A DNA stretch of 64,000 nt from Podarcis gaigeae (Eukaryota), in NCBI GenBank assembly GCA_964106915.2, contig OZ066921.1; one strand, given 5' to 3'. Below are positions 1 to 12,733 of this stretch, one piece after another. The translations under genes were made by a program, and so were the position numbers. The first letter of the stretch is position 1. Each line of letters opens with the position of its first letter. The notes under the pieces were generated by a model. It had not been told where the DNA came from. It made no database searches and saw only the letters and a program-made list of their open reading frames with translations.

Positions 1-259
1 ATTATATTTCTATCCCACCTTTTTCCCCTCCAAGAAACACAAGGTGGCTTACATGATCCTCTTCCTCCTCCTCCTCCTCCTCCTCCTCCTCCTCCTCCTC
101 CTCTCCATTTTATCCTCACAACAACCCTGGAAGGTAGGCTAGGCTAAGAATTAGGGACTGGCACAAAGTTACCCACAGAGCTTCATGGTCAAGCAGGGAC
201 TAGAACCTGGATTTCCCAAGTCTCAGTCTAACACTCTAACCACTACACAACACTGGCTC
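1..259 (-). mobile_element. tRNA-derived SINE (Squam3-like) with internal (CCT)n tract
   Basis: Reverse strand begins GAGCCAGTGTTGTGTAGTGGTTAGAG (A box) ... GGTTCTAGTCC (B box); body motif cacaacaaccctg-aggtagg is shared with other copies in the window. Confidence 0.8.
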
Positions 260-889
260 CCCCCCCCTTACTGCATTCCATTTATTGCCTTTTATCTCTC
301 CCTTCCTCCAAAAAGCCACAGGCAACTTACTGTCTGCTCTGCTTTATTGTTTTTATTTATTGTCCACCCCTATCCTAAGGTCTCAGGGTGGGTCACAACA
401 ATTTGAAACACAACATTAAAAACCGTTTAAAAACTTATGACGACAAAAAAATACAATCACAGAAAATAACATCTGACAAAAATAACAATAGCATCTAATA
501 AAAAGTAACAAAAGTTTATACAAATGCTTATATTACACTCAGTCTTTCTGCATTATATGCACTTTCATATTTGCTTAAATTTGCAGCTCTGAGCTGAGAG
601 TGTGACTCACGTCTTGGTCCTCCCAACAATCTTGTAGTGTAGGCAGGGCTGAGTGAACAAGTGACAGGCCGATAGTCATGGCTGGGAGAGGATTTGAATC
701 CAGATGGTCTCCGATCCAGTCATATTCAAAAAGCACAAGTTCTTCAGCCTTGAGCCCCCAGATGTTATTGGACTAAAACCCCTGTCCTTAACTGGACTCT
801 ACAGAAATGAGAGGTATTTTCTTAATCTCGTTTAAGGGTACAGTTTTTCCTCAGTTCCCAGCACAGCCTCTTTTGGGGAGATCAATGGT

Positions 890-892
890 GGA

Positions 893-940
<48 letters not shown>
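890..940. repeat. (GAAA)n microsatellite
   Basis: Directly visible. Confidence 0.95.
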
Positions 941-2286
941 GTGCCATATTTGATGGCTATCCCTACATTTGTACATAGGAGCTATGTATATATATATTTG
1001 CGTTTCCAGCAGCATTAAACCCTGGATGTTGTTTCTACCTAATGTGTTTAGGAGTGGGATGTCAGTCTCTTTGTTTGTTCTGCTCGGGTTTCAGACTCTG
1101 CCCCTTTAACAGGCCGATAGAAAAAGAACAGCCCTTCAGCTAAACCTATCACCAGTATCAACAGAAATACCCTATGGCGGCCTTCATTAATATGACCTCT
1201 GAAATGTTTAGGACTACAGTTCCCTTCAGCCCCAGCGGAAGGGAGTTGCAGTTCAAAACATTCGGAGGGCACCAGGTTGGGTAAAGCTGACCGGTGTTTA
1301 AGAACCTATTTGTTTCCAGATCAAAATATGTATAGTGCTGAAAATAAACCAAGAACTGGCACTGCTATATAGCCCCAAGCTGTGTGCTTTCAACAAGTAC
1401 CTCCTGCAGTTGCCATCTCATCAGGAGGCCCATTCCATACAGTGTAGGAATCCAGGCCTTTAATGTAACAGCACCTACTCTTTGGAATTCCTCCCTCTTA
1501 CATATCAGAGGGCAGAGCCTCTTGGGGAACTTTCCTTTTTCAACAAGTATTTCAAATTGAGATTTTTTTTATCCCACTTTGCATCTATATTAGATTTGCA
1601 ATTGTTGCATCAATGTTTTCAGATGGGTTTATTGTTAAATTGAAAAGTTTTCTAGGAAGAGATCCATAAATACAGTTAAATAAATAAATGCATGATTTGA
1701 ATCTGGGCACAGTGCAGTGAACCCTGAAAGCTCATATTTCATTTCTTCTTCTTCTTTTTATAAAAAAAGATAACACCCAAGCTTCTGGTCCTTAAGGCTG
1801 CAGTGGCAGGCTTGAAATGGTGAAACCAAACATTGGAGCAGGGAGCTGAGCAGGATTACTAGTGAGATGATAGAGAGATTTGCAGAGCACTGAAGAACCA
1901 GAATAAATTATGCTCAATACTATATTCCTATTGCACACTTATTTCTGACTTAGCCCCACTGAACATGGTGGGATTTTGTTCTGTGTAAACGCATGAGCCT
2001 CTTTCACAACCACTTTATTCTCCTCCCATCAACCCTGTGAGACAGGTTGGGCCAATCACTATCTTTCAGCCTAAGGCTTCATGTCTTTTTGGGGGTTTCC
2101 ATCCGTAGTCCTAGTCCAACATTCTAACCAAAACACCACATTGCATATGGTGCTTAATTTGCATCATCCACACAGGGGACAGAATTCCGCTTTCCTCAGA
2201 TAAGTTGGATTGTCCAAGGCTACCCAAGGCGCAGGTGAAACTTGAATCCAGGTGTCTCTGCACTGGATCTCTCCAAAGGACTAAGG

Positions 2287-2459
2287 CAGGGGCCTGTGGG
2301 CCAGATCCGGCCCAATCGCCTTCTCAATCCGGCCCACAGATGGTCCGGGAATCAGCATGTTTTTACATGAGTAGAATATGTCTTTTATTAAAAATGCAAC
2401 TCTGGTTTATTTGAGGGACAGTGGACCGGCCCACGGCTGAAAAAGGTTGCTGACCTCTG
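2287..2459. mobile_element. Non-autonomous hAT-type DNA transposon (MITE)
   Basis: CAG...CTG ends; perfect 8-bp TSD GACTAAGG at 2279-2286 and 2460-2467; related copy at 12734-12980. Confidence 0.85.
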
Positions 2460-4329
2460 GACTAAGGATACAAGACCAATTCTACAGTGGGCAAGAGCAG
2501 TCTTGCAAATATGTCTACAGAAGCTACTAGTCTATGAAAACAAAACAAAAAAAAAAAACCTTTTAAAATTGATTAACCCACCTGTGCATAGATAGTTAAT
2601 GTTAGCCACGTGTGGCAGCCTGAAATAGAACCCCCATACCCCGAAAGGTCCCTGGGTGAATGATGAAGGAGAGTCTTACTCAGTGCAGGTAATGATATCC
2701 AAACCTACTTTAGATCAGCTTTCTATTTGAGCACTAGTGTGGTAGCTATAGGCAAGAAATCAGATACTGAAGATGAATGTGGGGGTGACCATATTGAAAT
2801 ACGAGTTGGGACTCCTACATTGCTGGGGGTTGGACTTGATGACCCCTGGGGTCCCTTCTAATTCTATGGAGGCAGGACTAAGCAAAGGATTCCATCCCTC
2901 CTCTGCACCCAGCATAGAAATGCAGTAGCATGCTGCTCCAGGAGAGACAGGGCTCTCTTTCTCTCTCCTTCCCTCTCCTGCAAGTCTCTAGCAGGCTAAT
3001 AAAAACGTTTTGCAGGTTAGCAACTCTTACAGGCTTCCTTGTGATGTGAGACACAGCGCGGACACCTGATCGGCATGGACCAAAACTTTGAATGGAAAAC
3101 CTTCCTCCACCCTGGCAGTGCTACATCAGAACATATGATCTGCTTTTCAAATTCTTGACTGACAATCTATTTAACCTGGACATTGAGCAAGAAAGGAGGA
3201 GGTGCTACAATGAGCCACACTGCTTCAGAAAGCAGGTGGGAGATAATATTTTGATTGCTCTACTGCCTTAAAATCAACAAGAGATAGCAATAGAAGCGTG
3301 CACACAAACAGGAGTGGCTTTCTTAAAACGATCAGTTTCTAAGTGAAAGGTTTTGAATTCCACCAATCAACAGAATGATTATTACATTGAGATCCCATTG
3401 TTCCTCAAAGGAGCTCAAAAAGCAGTATTCCTTGTTCTTCTCATCTCTCCTGCACCATAATCCTCTCAACAACCTTGGGAGGTAGGTTAGGCTGAGAGAC
3501 TCCCCAGTGGGCTTCATTTATTAATGTGGATTTAAAACAGTTCCAGCACACAAAACAGATGCTTTTTTCAATCTTGGGTCCCCAAAATTGGAGACAAATC
3601 TGAACTCCTTTAAACCTAAAACACAAATACATCTATCCTCCTTCCTAAAGGCAAAGGCCAGTCCTCCTCCTCCAGCCCCCATCCACAGATTGGGCGAGAA
3701 ATAATATGACCTCTTTTCTTAGATTTGTGGGGCAATCCAAACCAATGACAAAACCAATACAGAAGTAGAGCTGTCATTGTTCTCCAGACAGAAGTCTCCT
3801 CAAGGAGGCCCATGGCACGACAGCAGAAGATGACTGGGGTTTACACCCTCACCTTGTAAACATAGGAAGCAGCCTTAAACTGAATGGGCTTCATTGGTGC
3901 ATCAAGCTCAGTATAGACTACACAGTATCTACCACGGAGCTGAAGTCCTTCATGACTGCATACAGCCTACCATCTCAAAGACTTCTTTCTCAAGCATGGG
4001 AATCAGCCACAGCCCTGCTGTTGTCCAAGCTTGATGAGAGGAGATCTGTCAAGAGGACAGAGCTCCTTGTGGCACTCAGGGCCACAGCACAGCTTCCAGC
4101 AACAGGAGAGACTGCCGTGGTGCTGGATGCTGCCATCAGGGCTCCACTGTTCTCCTCAGGAAACTCCCAAACATTCCTAGTGCAAATCACAGTTTTCCTG
4201 CCATATCTCTTGCAGCACCTAGCATGCGTGGACAAGCTGAAGATCATGTGGGATGCCGAGTTCCCAATAGCCTAGAGGCAGCAGTCAGAGTGAAAAGGAG
4301 AAAAGGTTCGAGGATGCTTCTGTGTTGGA

Positions 4330-4490
4330 GCATAAGAAGCTGCCTACTCATGAGCCCATTTAGCTCAGTAAAGCCTACACAAGCTGGCATTGGCTCTCCA
4401 GGATTTCAGACCTACGGTCTTTTCCCAGCGCTGCCTGGAGAGGCCAGGGATTGAACCCAGTGCTTTCTGCATTCAAAGCAGATGCTCCAC
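4330..4490 (-). mobile_element. Old tRNA-headed SINE (related copies ~14215-14370, ~22140-22330, ~46470-46700)
   Basis: gggattgaacc B-box complement and a shared ctggagag-ctgcca body repeated at several positions; boundaries approximate. Confidence 0.55.
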
Positions 4491-5603
4491 CAAAATTACA
4501 ATATATCGCCTCTGTTTACTAGAACAGAATATAAAGGGTTCTCACGGAACACCAACAGCCTCTGCAACATATTGTTAGTGGGCAGGGCAACCACCTGTCA
4601 ATCACACATTGTCATTATGGTTTCATATGATTGCTCCACTATCTCTGTTGGACTAAAAAAAAAAATACAGGTGGATAATTTTAGGTCACATCCACACCAT
4701 GTGCTTAAAGCACATCCCTCTCCCGCCCAGAGAATTCTGGAAACTGTACATTACCCCTCTCAGAGATGCAATTCCCAGCACCCCAACAAACTAAAGTTTT
4801 AAGATTCTTTGGGGAATCTTTTAAATGTATGGTGTGAAGTCATACTGTGGACTTCATTGTATTAGAGCAGGAGTTGCTTTAGATGGCAGTCTGTGTGTGT
4901 TACATCACTTATTTAAAAACAGGGTAAGCCAGCCCTGCTGCAGTTGTGGGGCCTGAACTCTGCCCCAAAGTCCTGCCCTGGTGGCACCACTGCCCTCCCC
5001 CTCTTTTACTGTGCAACTTTTTAACCCTTGCCTGGCAAGCTGTATCTGCAAAAATAACATCTCCTACGTAAGAAGTCATTTTCTGATGTCCATTTACTCA
5101 CTCTCAAGAGAGATGGTAAGAAATGGGTTAAAAATGGACCCCATATAGCAGCTTGGAATTATGGGTGCCTCTGGGATCTGAAAAGGAGCTGCTGCCTTTG
5201 AATGGTCAGCTAATATCAAATGAGCAAGATAGACTTTGTCCAGGAACAATCTATAATCACTGCCCCCCCCACACCAGGTGTGACTAATGGCTGCATACCT
5301 TTGATCAGACCATTTAGGGAAGGAAATGACATGGGTTTTACCATCACAGAAGACTTTCCTGATTAAGCTCAGGCTCCTTGCTTGTTTTACAAGCCTGATG
5401 GGCTACTCACCCGAAAGGGGCATGTTATATATCCTTTGGCAGTTGTCTCCAAAACCACTTTACTATCACTTATTGCCAAAGGAAGGGGTATGTGTTGGGA
5501 ATGCACACCCGAAAGCTTTCTGCAGCCAACAGAGCATGCAACATGGCAGAGCCAAATCTTACCACTTTTGCTTTCAAACACCAGCCGTGTTTTGTACCAT
5601 ATA

Positions 5604-5955
5604 AAAAGGTAAAGGGACCCCTGACCGTTAGGTCCAGTCATGTCCAACTCTGGGGTTGTGGCGCTCATCTCGCTTTACTGGCCAAGGGAGCCGGCGTACA
5701 GCTTCCGGGTCATGTGGCCAGCATGACTAAGCCACTTCTGGCGAACCAGAGCAGCACACGGAAACACCGTTTACCTTCCCGCCAGAGCGGTACCTATTTA
5801 TCTACTTGCACTTTGACGTGCTTTTGAACTGCTAGATTGGCAGGAGCTGGGACCGAGCAACAGGAGCTCACCCCCTTGAGGGGATTTGAACCACCGACCT
5901 TCCAATCAGCAAGCCCTAGGCTCTGTGGTTTATACCACAGCGCCACCCACGTCCC
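5604..5955 (-). mobile_element. Sauria SINE (Squam1), full length
   Basis: Diagnostic body cttccgggtcatgtggccagcatgactaagcc and tail aaggtaaaggg; near-perfect TSD tttgta(c/g)catata at 5591-5603 and 5956-5968. Confidence 0.93.
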
Positions 5956-6149
5956 TTTGTAGCATATACAGAATGTAAAAACAAGTTCATTTTTGAAAGG
6001 AGAGCTTCTGGGGATCAAGGTTCCCTGAAAATCAGCTTGAAGCCCTTAGCCCAAAACCCAGATGAAAGAAGGGTGAGGTGGAAATTCTCACTCAGTGGTC
6101 AAAGAAAAGCACTCTGTACATTCCCAGAGGCAATATCTGCTTTGTATGT

Positions 6150-6298
6150 TGTAGAATTATAGAATTGTACAGTTGAATGGGACCCCGTAGGTCATCTAGC
6201 CCAACCCCCTGGAATGCAGGAATTTTTCACGCAAGGTGGGACTTGAAGCCACAACCCTGGAATTAAGAATTTCATTCTCTACTGACTGAGCTGTCCCA
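6150..6298 (-). mobile_element. tRNA-Lys-headed SINE with CR1-like 3' tail
   Basis: Reverse strand AGCTCAGTCAGTAGAGAATGAAATTCTTAATTCCAGGGTTGTGGCTTCAAGTCCCAC resembles tRNA-Lys(CTT); followed by a ggggttgggctagatgacc...caattcta CR1-type tail. Confidence 0.7.
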
Positions 6299-7334
6299 GC
6301 TGCTGTGTTCCAGAGATCAGCCTGTGTAGAGAAAATAGGCTCCACACACACTGTATCGCTGTATCTTTGCAAACATCTTTCAATGCAGGAGAGTGCATTT
6401 ATTTTCAAAAATTTACTTCTTGCCACTACTTGAGGTTGCAAGTTCCTCTTTTTTGTCCACTTTTGAGGACTGCACTTCCTTCTTTTGTCTAGGCTGCAAG
6501 TCAAATGGATGCAACACTAAACCCTAGTTTGGCGCTGCAAAGTTTGAGCCCATAAGATGCCTTGGGTTTCTCCTTTCCATCTGCTATATTGTCATTCCTT
6601 CCTCCCCTTCCCAATTTCTAGCAAACCATATGTTGCCAAACTGATAATCTATTGTTTTGTGTTTGCTTAGGAAAACAAGGCTTGCAGGCCGGAATCAAAG
6701 ATTTGTTTACAGTGCAAAGTGACAAACCATGGTTTGCTAGAAAGGGGTTACATCAGGTCATAGATCCTCGCTAAGAGAAAAAGCTTTGTGGGGAGAAGTA
6801 GATTGGGCTACCCCACTATAGCCATATATTTCTCAGCCTTATACACACTGGCCAAATTCTGCCCACAGTGGTCATGTTCAGTTTGGCCCTTGCTTCCAGA
6901 AGTTCTTCCTTATATATTTTACATTATTGTGAGTCCTACAGAGGAGAAAGAGCACTTATACAGCACCCAACCATGGTCAGAACTTAAGTCTGGTACAGTC
7001 TTCCTCAATCAGGTTTTGGACTACAACTCCCAACAGCTGCAGCCAGCATGGCCATAGATCAGGGATGATGGGAGTTGTAGTCTAAAAATACCTAGAAGGC
7101 AGGTAGTTGAGGAAGGCTTAAACCAGCCTAAACTAGCTATGTTTTGTAATCCCACTATTAAGCTGGTCACAAGGGGGCTGGACTAGATGACCATTGGGGT
7201 CCCTTCCAACTTGACAATTCTATGATTCTTTGATTCTGCAAGCATAATGTACAATCTTCCTTGATTAGGAAGGTATGCTGGACTAGGCAGAGAAAAGGCA
7301 GCTTGACTAGCATGAAGATGCATTATCTTTTAAG

Positions 7335-7480
7335 ATGGCTCAGTCAGTAGTTGTAGAGCATGAGACTCTCATTCTCAAGGTCATGGGTTCCCACATTGGG
7401 CAAAAAGATTCCAGCATTGCAGGGGGTTGGACTAGATGACCCCTGGGGTCCCTTCCAATGCTACAATTCTATGGTTCTGC
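7335..7480 (+). mobile_element. tRNA-Lys-headed SINE with CR1-like 3' tail
   Basis: gctcagtcag...tagagcatgagactctcattctcaaggtcatgggttc followed by ggggttggactagatgacccctggggtcccttccaa...ttctatg. Confidence 0.7.
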
Positions 7481-7795
7481 TTTTTGGAACACATACTGAG
7501 CCAAACTCATCAGTGGGCCCTGTTATCAGTCCATCTAGCCTACTCCAACTAGCAGGCGGGTTGGTGGGACTGTGCCCCACCTGCCCAGGAGCCCAGCCTG
7601 CACTGATGCCTCTTAACATGAAAGTGGATCAGTCTGGTTCTATTTTCATCCATCTGTATAGGTATGGACAAATATTCACTCTCCTGGCCAATTCCAGATC
7701 TACAACAGCAGTCTAGAGTAGTGGTGGGAACCGCCCAGCCCTCAAGATGCTGGTGAACTACAGCATCCACCATTGCTGGCCACCGTGTGTAGAGT

Positions 7796-8262
7796 GGAGA
7801 GTGTGGTGCAGGTTGGACTCAAGGCTTGGGAGAGACCAGGGTTCCAATTTGCACTCATCCATATGAAGCCCACTGGGTGACCTCAGGTCAGTTACCAGCT
7901 CTCAGCCTGACCTACATCACAGGGTTGTTGTGGTGGTGAACTACCGTATTTTTCGCTCTATAAGACGCACCAGACCATAAGACGCACCTAGTTTTTGGAG
8001 GAGGAAAACAAGAAAAAAAATATTCTGAATCTCAGAAGCCAGAACAGCAAGAGGGATCGCTGCGCAGCGAAAGCAGCAATCCCTCTTGCTGTTCTGGCTT
8101 CTGGGATAGCTCCGCAGCCTGCATTCGTTCCATAAGACGCACACACATTTCCCCTTCCTTTTTAGAAGGGAAAAAGTGAGTCTTATAGAGCAAAAAATAC
8201 GGTATGTATGCCATCTCGAGTCCCTTGGAAGAATGATGGGATAAATATGTGAAATAAATATT
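7796..8262 (+). mobile_element. Squam3-like SINE interrupted by a Tc2/Kanga-like MITE
   Basis: SINE head and body at 7796-7941 resume at 8205 (tgtatgccatctcgagtcccttgga...gggataaat). Confidence 0.7.
7944..8202. mobile_element. Tc1/mariner-superfamily (Tc2/Kanga-like) MITE
   Basis: TIRs CCGTATTTTTCGCTCTATAAGAC / GTCTTATAGAGCAAAAAATACGG, TA TSD, internal ~70-bp palindrome. Confidence 0.88.
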
Positions 8263-10057
8263 CTCAAATAATCTGGAGGGCCAAAGGTTCCCTGCCCTTG
8301 GTCTTGAGCAAAGGTAGATTTAAACCTACCGCTAACATCTCTGGGTGATTTGCCGCAGATTTGCCATCCACCATTTTTAAAAATAATAGTAACAACAAGA
8401 CGACACCACTCTAAATTATACTGCTGAAATTAAGGAAGCATGTGGAAGGCAGGATTCAATTTCGGTGGGGTGAGCTATGTTTAGGCTTGTAACTCAAAAA
8501 CTAGTTCCTGGGTTCAGAGCGTGTGTCCCCCCCCCCCCAGATGTATGTCTCCCACACCAGGTTCATTGGTGGACAAAATAGATCCTGCAAGCCTGATGCC
8601 TGCCCACCCCCGGGGGGGGGGGTCTAGAGGCTCTGAGCAAATCCATCCTCAGATGAACTCTTCCCCAGTAAGAGGGTGGCCTTCTCTCCTGACAGCCTTT
8701 CCCAGGAATTTAGACAACAACTAGCAGTCTCAGGGAGAGGCAGCCCAACAAACAATGGCTCGATTATCTAAGCATTTTCTCCCAGAGCTGCCCTTTCAAG
8801 AAAAGGTGCCGCCTCATGCGTAGATGGCTCCGTTTGCCCTTAGGAGACAAGAGTGCTGTCTCTGGAGTGGAATGCCTGAGACCAAAAAGGCCCCCCCCCA
8901 ACTCCAACATCTTGCATCTCAGCACCTCTGGTAGTGTCCAGATTTTTTACCTACTTGTGCTTCAGTTTCGTATGCTCCAATGGAGGGGGCAGTGTGGCAT
9001 AGTGGTTATCTCCACATGTAGAGCCATTTGTTTCAGGAGTGTTCTGTTAGGTGATTCACAATCTTTCAACTCCCTACCCCCACCTGCCTGCAATATGGAG
9101 ATAGCAGAACCAGTATGCTATGCAGGGCTATTATAAAGACAGAAGCACTAATGCATACAAAGCATTTCACTGTGAGAAAGTGCAACGTAAATACAGTGTA
9201 TCATGAGTGGAGGCCTACAACAAAATGTTGCAGTGTATCCTCTCTTGGATAAATACTTCTGGCTCAGGGTTCCTGCAAGCCATTCCTTCCAAGAAGGACA
9301 TTTCCTCTTTCAATTTGACATTTCCTTCTGTCATTCTATATTCAGTGAATATTGAGTTTGCTCAACCCTCATTGGCATTTCTTTTCTCCCTTAAATGGGT
9401 ATTTTAAAATCTAACTCCTGCAAAATCTGGGTCTCCCCCCTGAGCATGCTGATACCTCCCTGTTGTTTTTCACTACAGCTGTTTGGGCTATAATCCTGGT
9501 GGCGCTCACCAACCAAGTTTGCCATTAAGAGGAATGATTATGAAGCATTCGCTCCCGCTACAAAACATTAACAGAATAAGCGTGCCGTGCATTACTGAGC
9601 AAACGCAATGCATGAACATCAGAAAGAATCGGTCTGGTTTTCACTGGGAACAAGCCTTGCTGAAGCAAACCAAAGGACCAACTTTTCTAACTTTCTGTTT
9701 ATGGCTTTGGTCAGCCAGAAGCCTTTAGGAAGCAGTAGTAGATCATCCCCCTGCTTTCTTAGTTCTCAGCATTCAAATGCATACTTTCTCCCTTTTGAAC
9801 CATTCCAAATGTGGAACATGGCAAGCAGACTCCAGGAACAATACCACAAGAGTTTATCTTTAACTTAACCTCTCAGCTGAACTGAATTAGCTCAACAGCA
9901 GTTGAAAGAAGGCCACCTTGGCCTTTTTAGCTTCATGGGAGAGATGCAGCTATAATGAAACAATCAAAGCTAAAATGGCAATAATATTTAACAGATAAAC
10001 ATTTACCAAATCAACAGAACATTATAAAAAAAAATATTACAACTCCTATCCTGTGTG

Positions 10058-10300
10058 TGAAGCTGAGGCTCCAATACTTTGGCCACCTCATGAGAAGAGA
10101 AGACTCCCTGGAAAAGACCCTGATGTTGGGAAAGATGGAGGGCACAAGGAGAAGGGGACGACAGAGGATAAGATGGTTGGATAGTGTTCTCGAAGCTACA
10201 AACATGAGTCTGACCACTGCGGGAGGCAGTGGGAGACAGGAGTGCTCTGGTCCAGGGGGTCATGAAGAGTCGGACACGACTAAACGACTAAACAACAACA
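10058..10300 (+). mobile_element. 5'-truncated BovB/RTE LINE 3' end
   Basis: Encodes KLRLQYFGHLMRREDSLEKTLMLGKMEGTRRRGRQ (RTE ORF C-terminus); (CAA)n tail; 10-bp TSD ATCCTGTGTG at 10048-10057 and 10301-10310. Confidence 0.93.
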
Positions 10301-11232
10301 ATCCTGTGTGGGGAGTTTATTAAACAAGGGACTAAGCTATACAGCTGCAAATAAAATGTTTTAAGTGCAATATACAATGTGACATTGGATGGTGATGGTG
10401 AGCCTTATGGAAAACTCAATGTATTTTTTAAAATGCTGTTTAAAAAAGCATTTTCAGAACTGTTTTTATATGTGTGTAGATTCCACCCAGAAGTGAGGAT
10501 AGCCTTTGGACCTGGTGGGTCAGATCTTTATCTCCTTTCAGCCCTGTGAGCCACCCTTGTCATCTGGGCATGTCCACCCACCTGTCCATCATCTGACATC
10601 ATGACTGCATCAGGTGACTCATAGGACGGTCCCGCCCATCTGCCAAAATTAACCTGTGGGAGAGGGGTCTGCTTCACCAGTTCATTCCCCACAGGAAAAG
10701 CACTAGCAAAAGCAGCTCCCAGCAAGACTGACCGCTACCACTCCACTCATCATCTGACACCATCTAGTGACATCAGATGGTGGAAGGTGGTTGTATTTGG
10801 GGGAAAATGAACCTTGGGCCCAACTGGACCTTCAGGTGGACCAGGATTGGCCCCCGGACCAGTTTTCTCGCCCCTATATAGGTAGGTGCATGCTGGGTTA
10901 ATGTTAATACCCATAATATTTTGCAGAGTACATGAGGAGTTTACAATCTAAAATACCATGAATTTAACTTGAGTTGGGGATAAATACGCCATGTGCCCTG
11001 CCACAGGAGAGTTTGCAAGTACCTGGTATTTGAGCACACATGCCATAGCTATTTCTTTGTTTATTTAAAGTATTTATAGACTGCTTTTTATGGCCTTGCC
11101 TTCACAAGGCAGTGTACACAACAAGACATATTAAGACACACCAGAGACACTGGGTTGTAATATAGTTCAGAATTCAAAACCCAACAGCACAAGAATAATG
11201 TTATTGAAAGGTGGCATAGAGCAGATAAATTA

Positions 11233-11491
11233 CCGTATTTTTTGCTCTATAAGACTCACTTTTTCCCTCCTAAAAGGTAAGGGGAAATGTATGTGTGCGT
11301 CTTATGGAGCAAATGCAGGCTGCACAGCTATCCCAGAAGCCAGAACAGCAAGAGGGATTGCTGCTTTCACTGCGTAGCAATCCCTCTTGCTGTTCTGGCT
11401 TCTGAGATTCAGAATATTTTTTCTTGTTTTCCTTCTCCAAAAACTAGGTGCGTCTTGTGGTCTGGTGCATCTTATAGAGCGAAAAATACGG
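11233..11491. mobile_element. Tc2/Kanga-like MITE, opposite orientation to 7944-8202
   Basis: Same TIRs, TA TSD and internal palindrome. Confidence 0.88.
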
Positions 11492-12733
11492 TACATCTTT
11501 CTTCAGATGTTGCTTAACTACAATCTCCATCATCCATGACCATTGGTCATGCTAGCTGGGGCTGATGGAAATTGGAGTTGAACAACATCCAGAGAGGGCC
11601 AAAGGTTCTCTGGTTTAAACTACAGTTTGTCTGAATATTGGGAAAGTGAGACCAGGGTTTGGGTTTAATTAGCATAAACTATGGATTGGTGTAATGTTCT
11701 GAATGATTCGCTCTCTTCTTCTCCCCCATCTTTCCAAAAGATTATCATAGTGGCATGAATGCGACCTACGTTAAGTAAGGTCAGAACCTAATGGTTGGCT
11801 GCTACTCACCAGCTGAGGACCAATATTCTATGGGGCTACAGTGTTCTTAAACATGAGGCAGTTCCTTAAACTAAAGAAACATTAAACTTATCCAGACAAT
11901 TTAGCTTTCATCTCACGACTTCAATCCCTCCCATATCTCCATGCACAATTCCTGATCAATTCAAAAGAAGTGATGAGGCAATGGGTGCTTTGCAATTTCA
12001 GACAGGAAGCACTTCCTTTTTTTAAACAAACCAAAAAAATATATTCACAAATCTAGAAACTGAGTCACAGCTCCTCCCCCACATATAGAAAGTTTGCCTT
12101 CAAGGATTCTGAGCCTTTATATTTCAGAGCCAAGATGTGATTTTACTTTCAAAAAGAGAAGATAAAAAAATCTTAAGATTCTGATGATTACATCTCTCCA
12201 AAAGATAAAGAGCACAAAAGGAATCACTTGATTAAATTTACAAGTCTAGGAAGAGATCAGTCTTCTTTTTTAAACCCGTATGCATACGCCACAAAGAGGC
12301 AGCAGGCCTTTTTCAATCACTGAGCAAGTGAGGGGGGAGGATGAGGAAGCTACTCCTGTTAATTGCTGGAATTAGCATATGAACCTTTAGAGATGGGAAT
12401 GCAACATTCCTGGGAAGGATTTGTTTTCCCATTGCCCAGGGGGACATGCATCTCTGCAGCAAAGCATAGAGAAGACCAGAATTATTCAGTCTCCCAGTGA
12501 TAGGCAGAGTAAGCAATCAAATGAAAAATATGATCCAACACCCCAGCCTGCACTTGAAACTCAGAGATCCTCAAACTTTTTGGAAGCTTTTTAGAACTAA
12601 TTTTGTATTGGGCTTTCCCCCTTCTTTTTTCCACTAGGACTCCAAGATACCAACCAGAGCTTATTACAAAAGATAGAGCTCATTCTCACTGTCATGGTAG
12701 CAGTTAATGGTTTACACTGATTACACCCAAGAG

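Noticed and set aside
3952-4275. 107-aa plus-strand ORF
   Set aside because: No recognisable domain or gene structure; it overlaps the minus-strand candidate exon, which has the splice signals
6225-6298. tRNA-Lys-like sequence as a tRNA gene
   Set aside because: Degenerate stems and fusion to a CR1-like tail indicate a SINE head
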